Positions 5,376 through 6,043 of a stretch of DNA of 6,043 nucleotides are shown piece after piece. Source of the stretch: a virus (Duplodnaviria; Heunggongvirae; Uroviricota; Caudoviricetes); the IMG/VR virus record IMGVR_UViG_2737471819_000031, positions 1 through 6,043 of that record; one strand, written 5' to 3'. Under the pieces are notes generated by a model, which was not told the DNA's origin, did no database searches, and saw only the letters and a list, made by a program, of their open reading frames with translations. Within the stretch, counting starts at the first letter, position 1. Each line of letters opens with the position of its first letter. The translations under genes and the position numbers were made by a program.

Positions 5376-5720
5376 ATGTCAGATTTGGCTATGAAGGTTT
5401 TGGAATGGCAATCGACTGGCGATGTCGGCATCAGTAGCGCAACTCTTGCCTCAATCGCATGTGGACTGAAAAAGAATATCTATGGTCATCACTTCGGCGC
5501 TCCACATGACGCAGCAGATTTCCGACGATGCGTTGCACTTGTTGAGCAGATTCCAGAAATCAGAGATTCATTCGACAAGGTTGCAAAGCGCGTTCCGGCA
5601 TTCAAAGGAATCCTCAACGAATGGGATTCACTCGTTGCTCTGTTGAAGTCTGAAATGAAGACGTACGGGAACAAAGCACCAGAGACTTACAGAAGAATCA
5701 GCGAGCTACGCAAGGACTAA
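5376..5720 (+). CDS. Hypothetical protein (114 aa) at the ea8.5 position upstream of xis
   Basis: ATG 5376 with GGAG 7 nt upstream, directly after the terminator T-tract. Soluble, probably helical protein, not recognised. Followed by two tandem terminators. Confidence 0.55.
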   Translation: MSDLAMKVLEWQSTGDVGISSATLASIACGLKKNIYGHHFGAPHDAADFRRCVALVEQIPEIRDSFDKVAKRVPAFKGILNEWDSLVALLKSEMKTYGNKAPETYRRISELRKD

Positions 5721-5723
5721 CCC

Positions 5724-5752
5724 GCCTCACACTCGATGAGGCATTTTCATTT
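5724..5752 (+). terminator. Intrinsic terminator
   Basis: Perfect 6-bp stem GCCTCA / TGAGGC with 7-nt loop, followed by ATTTTCATTT, 3 nt after the stop at 5720. Confidence 0.5.
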
Positions 5753-5777
5753 ATCAAGATATCCAGACCTACCATCG

Positions 5778-5800
5778 CCGCATCAATGCGGTTTTTTATT
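5778..5800 (+). terminator. Intrinsic terminator (second of a tandem pair)
   Basis: Stem CCGCA / TGCGG with loop TCAA, followed by TTTTTTATT. Confidence 0.55.
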
Positions 5801-5842
5801 GCCTGATTTGCAGGTTCGATTCCCTATTCGGAGATAGCACTC

Positions 5843-6043
5843 ATGCAACACGAACTACAGCCTGATTCACTGGTTGATTTGAAATTCATCATGGCCGATA
5901 CTGGCTTCGGTAAAACCTTCATCTACGACCGGATTAAGTCCGGCGATCTGCCAAAAGCCAAAGTTATCCACGGACGAGCAAGATGGTTATATCGTGACCA
6001 TTGTGAATTCAAAAATAAGCTCTTAAGCCGCGCCAATGGGTAA
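5843..6043 (+). CDS. xis: AlpA-family DNA-binding protein, putative excisionase (66 aa)
   Basis: GGAG 9 nt upstream of ATG 5843; complete ORF ending in TAA at the last base of the window. LVDLKFIMADTGFGKTFIYDRIKSGDLPKAKVIHGRARWLYRDHCEF matches the AlpA/excisionase-type winged-helix family as I recall it. It is the last gene of the co-oriented operon, where lambdoid phages carry xis ahead of int. Confidence 0.6.
   Translation: MQHELQPDSLVDLKFIMADTGFGKTFIYDRIKSGDLPKAKVIHGRARWLYRDHCEFKNKLLSRANG

Noticed and set aside
367-5674. Other minus-strand six-frame ORFs (367..636, 1193..1441, 2005..2244, 2464..2658, 2786..3133, 3021..3227, 3758..4258, 4032..4289, 4770..5120, 4913..5251, 5166..5372, 5489..5674)
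   Set aside because: Each lies inside a + strand gene that has better support (SD, translational coupling, recognisable family motifs). The window shows complete + strand polarity, as expected for a single early operon.
5811-5823. GGTTCGATTCC tRNA T-loop motif as a tRNA gene
   Set aside because: Flanking bases cannot form the T-stem or acceptor stem and there is no CCA-proximal acceptor sequence, so it is not a tRNA. It could at most be an att-core relic (see finding).
1-6043. CRISPR arrays, IS elements or transposases, LexA boxes (CTGT-N8-ACAG), Chi sites (GCTGGTGG)
   Set aside because: Manual scanning found no regularly spaced direct repeats, no terminal inverted repeats bracketing a transposase-like ORF, and no exact LexA or Chi consensus. 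This was an eye scan and not exhaustive.

Overview
All supported genes lie on the + strand and read as one contiguous piece of a lambdoid (lambda/P22-type) phage or prophage early-left operon. In order: a ral-like anti-restriction gene (1..201), a terminator-bracketed two-TM membrane protein (260..709), a cIII-like gene (949..1119), small overlapping ORFs at the kil/arf position, an Erf-family annealing protein (1376..1981) and a phage SSB (1981..2364). These are followed by seven tightly coupled accessory genes (2388..5108, including Ea22-like, DUF551-like and ASCH/PUA-like proteins), two small genes each insulated by intrinsic terminators, and an AlpA-family excisionase-like gene at the window edge (5843..6043), so an integrase and att site are expected just downstream. 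No rRNA, intact tRNA, CRISPR array or transposase was seen. All product names rest on my recall of protein families and on sequence motifs, not on database searches. The best candidates for undescribed function are the membrane-protein cassette in the ea10 slot, the overlapping small-protein/ASCH-like pair, and the two terminator-insulated small genes upstream of xis.
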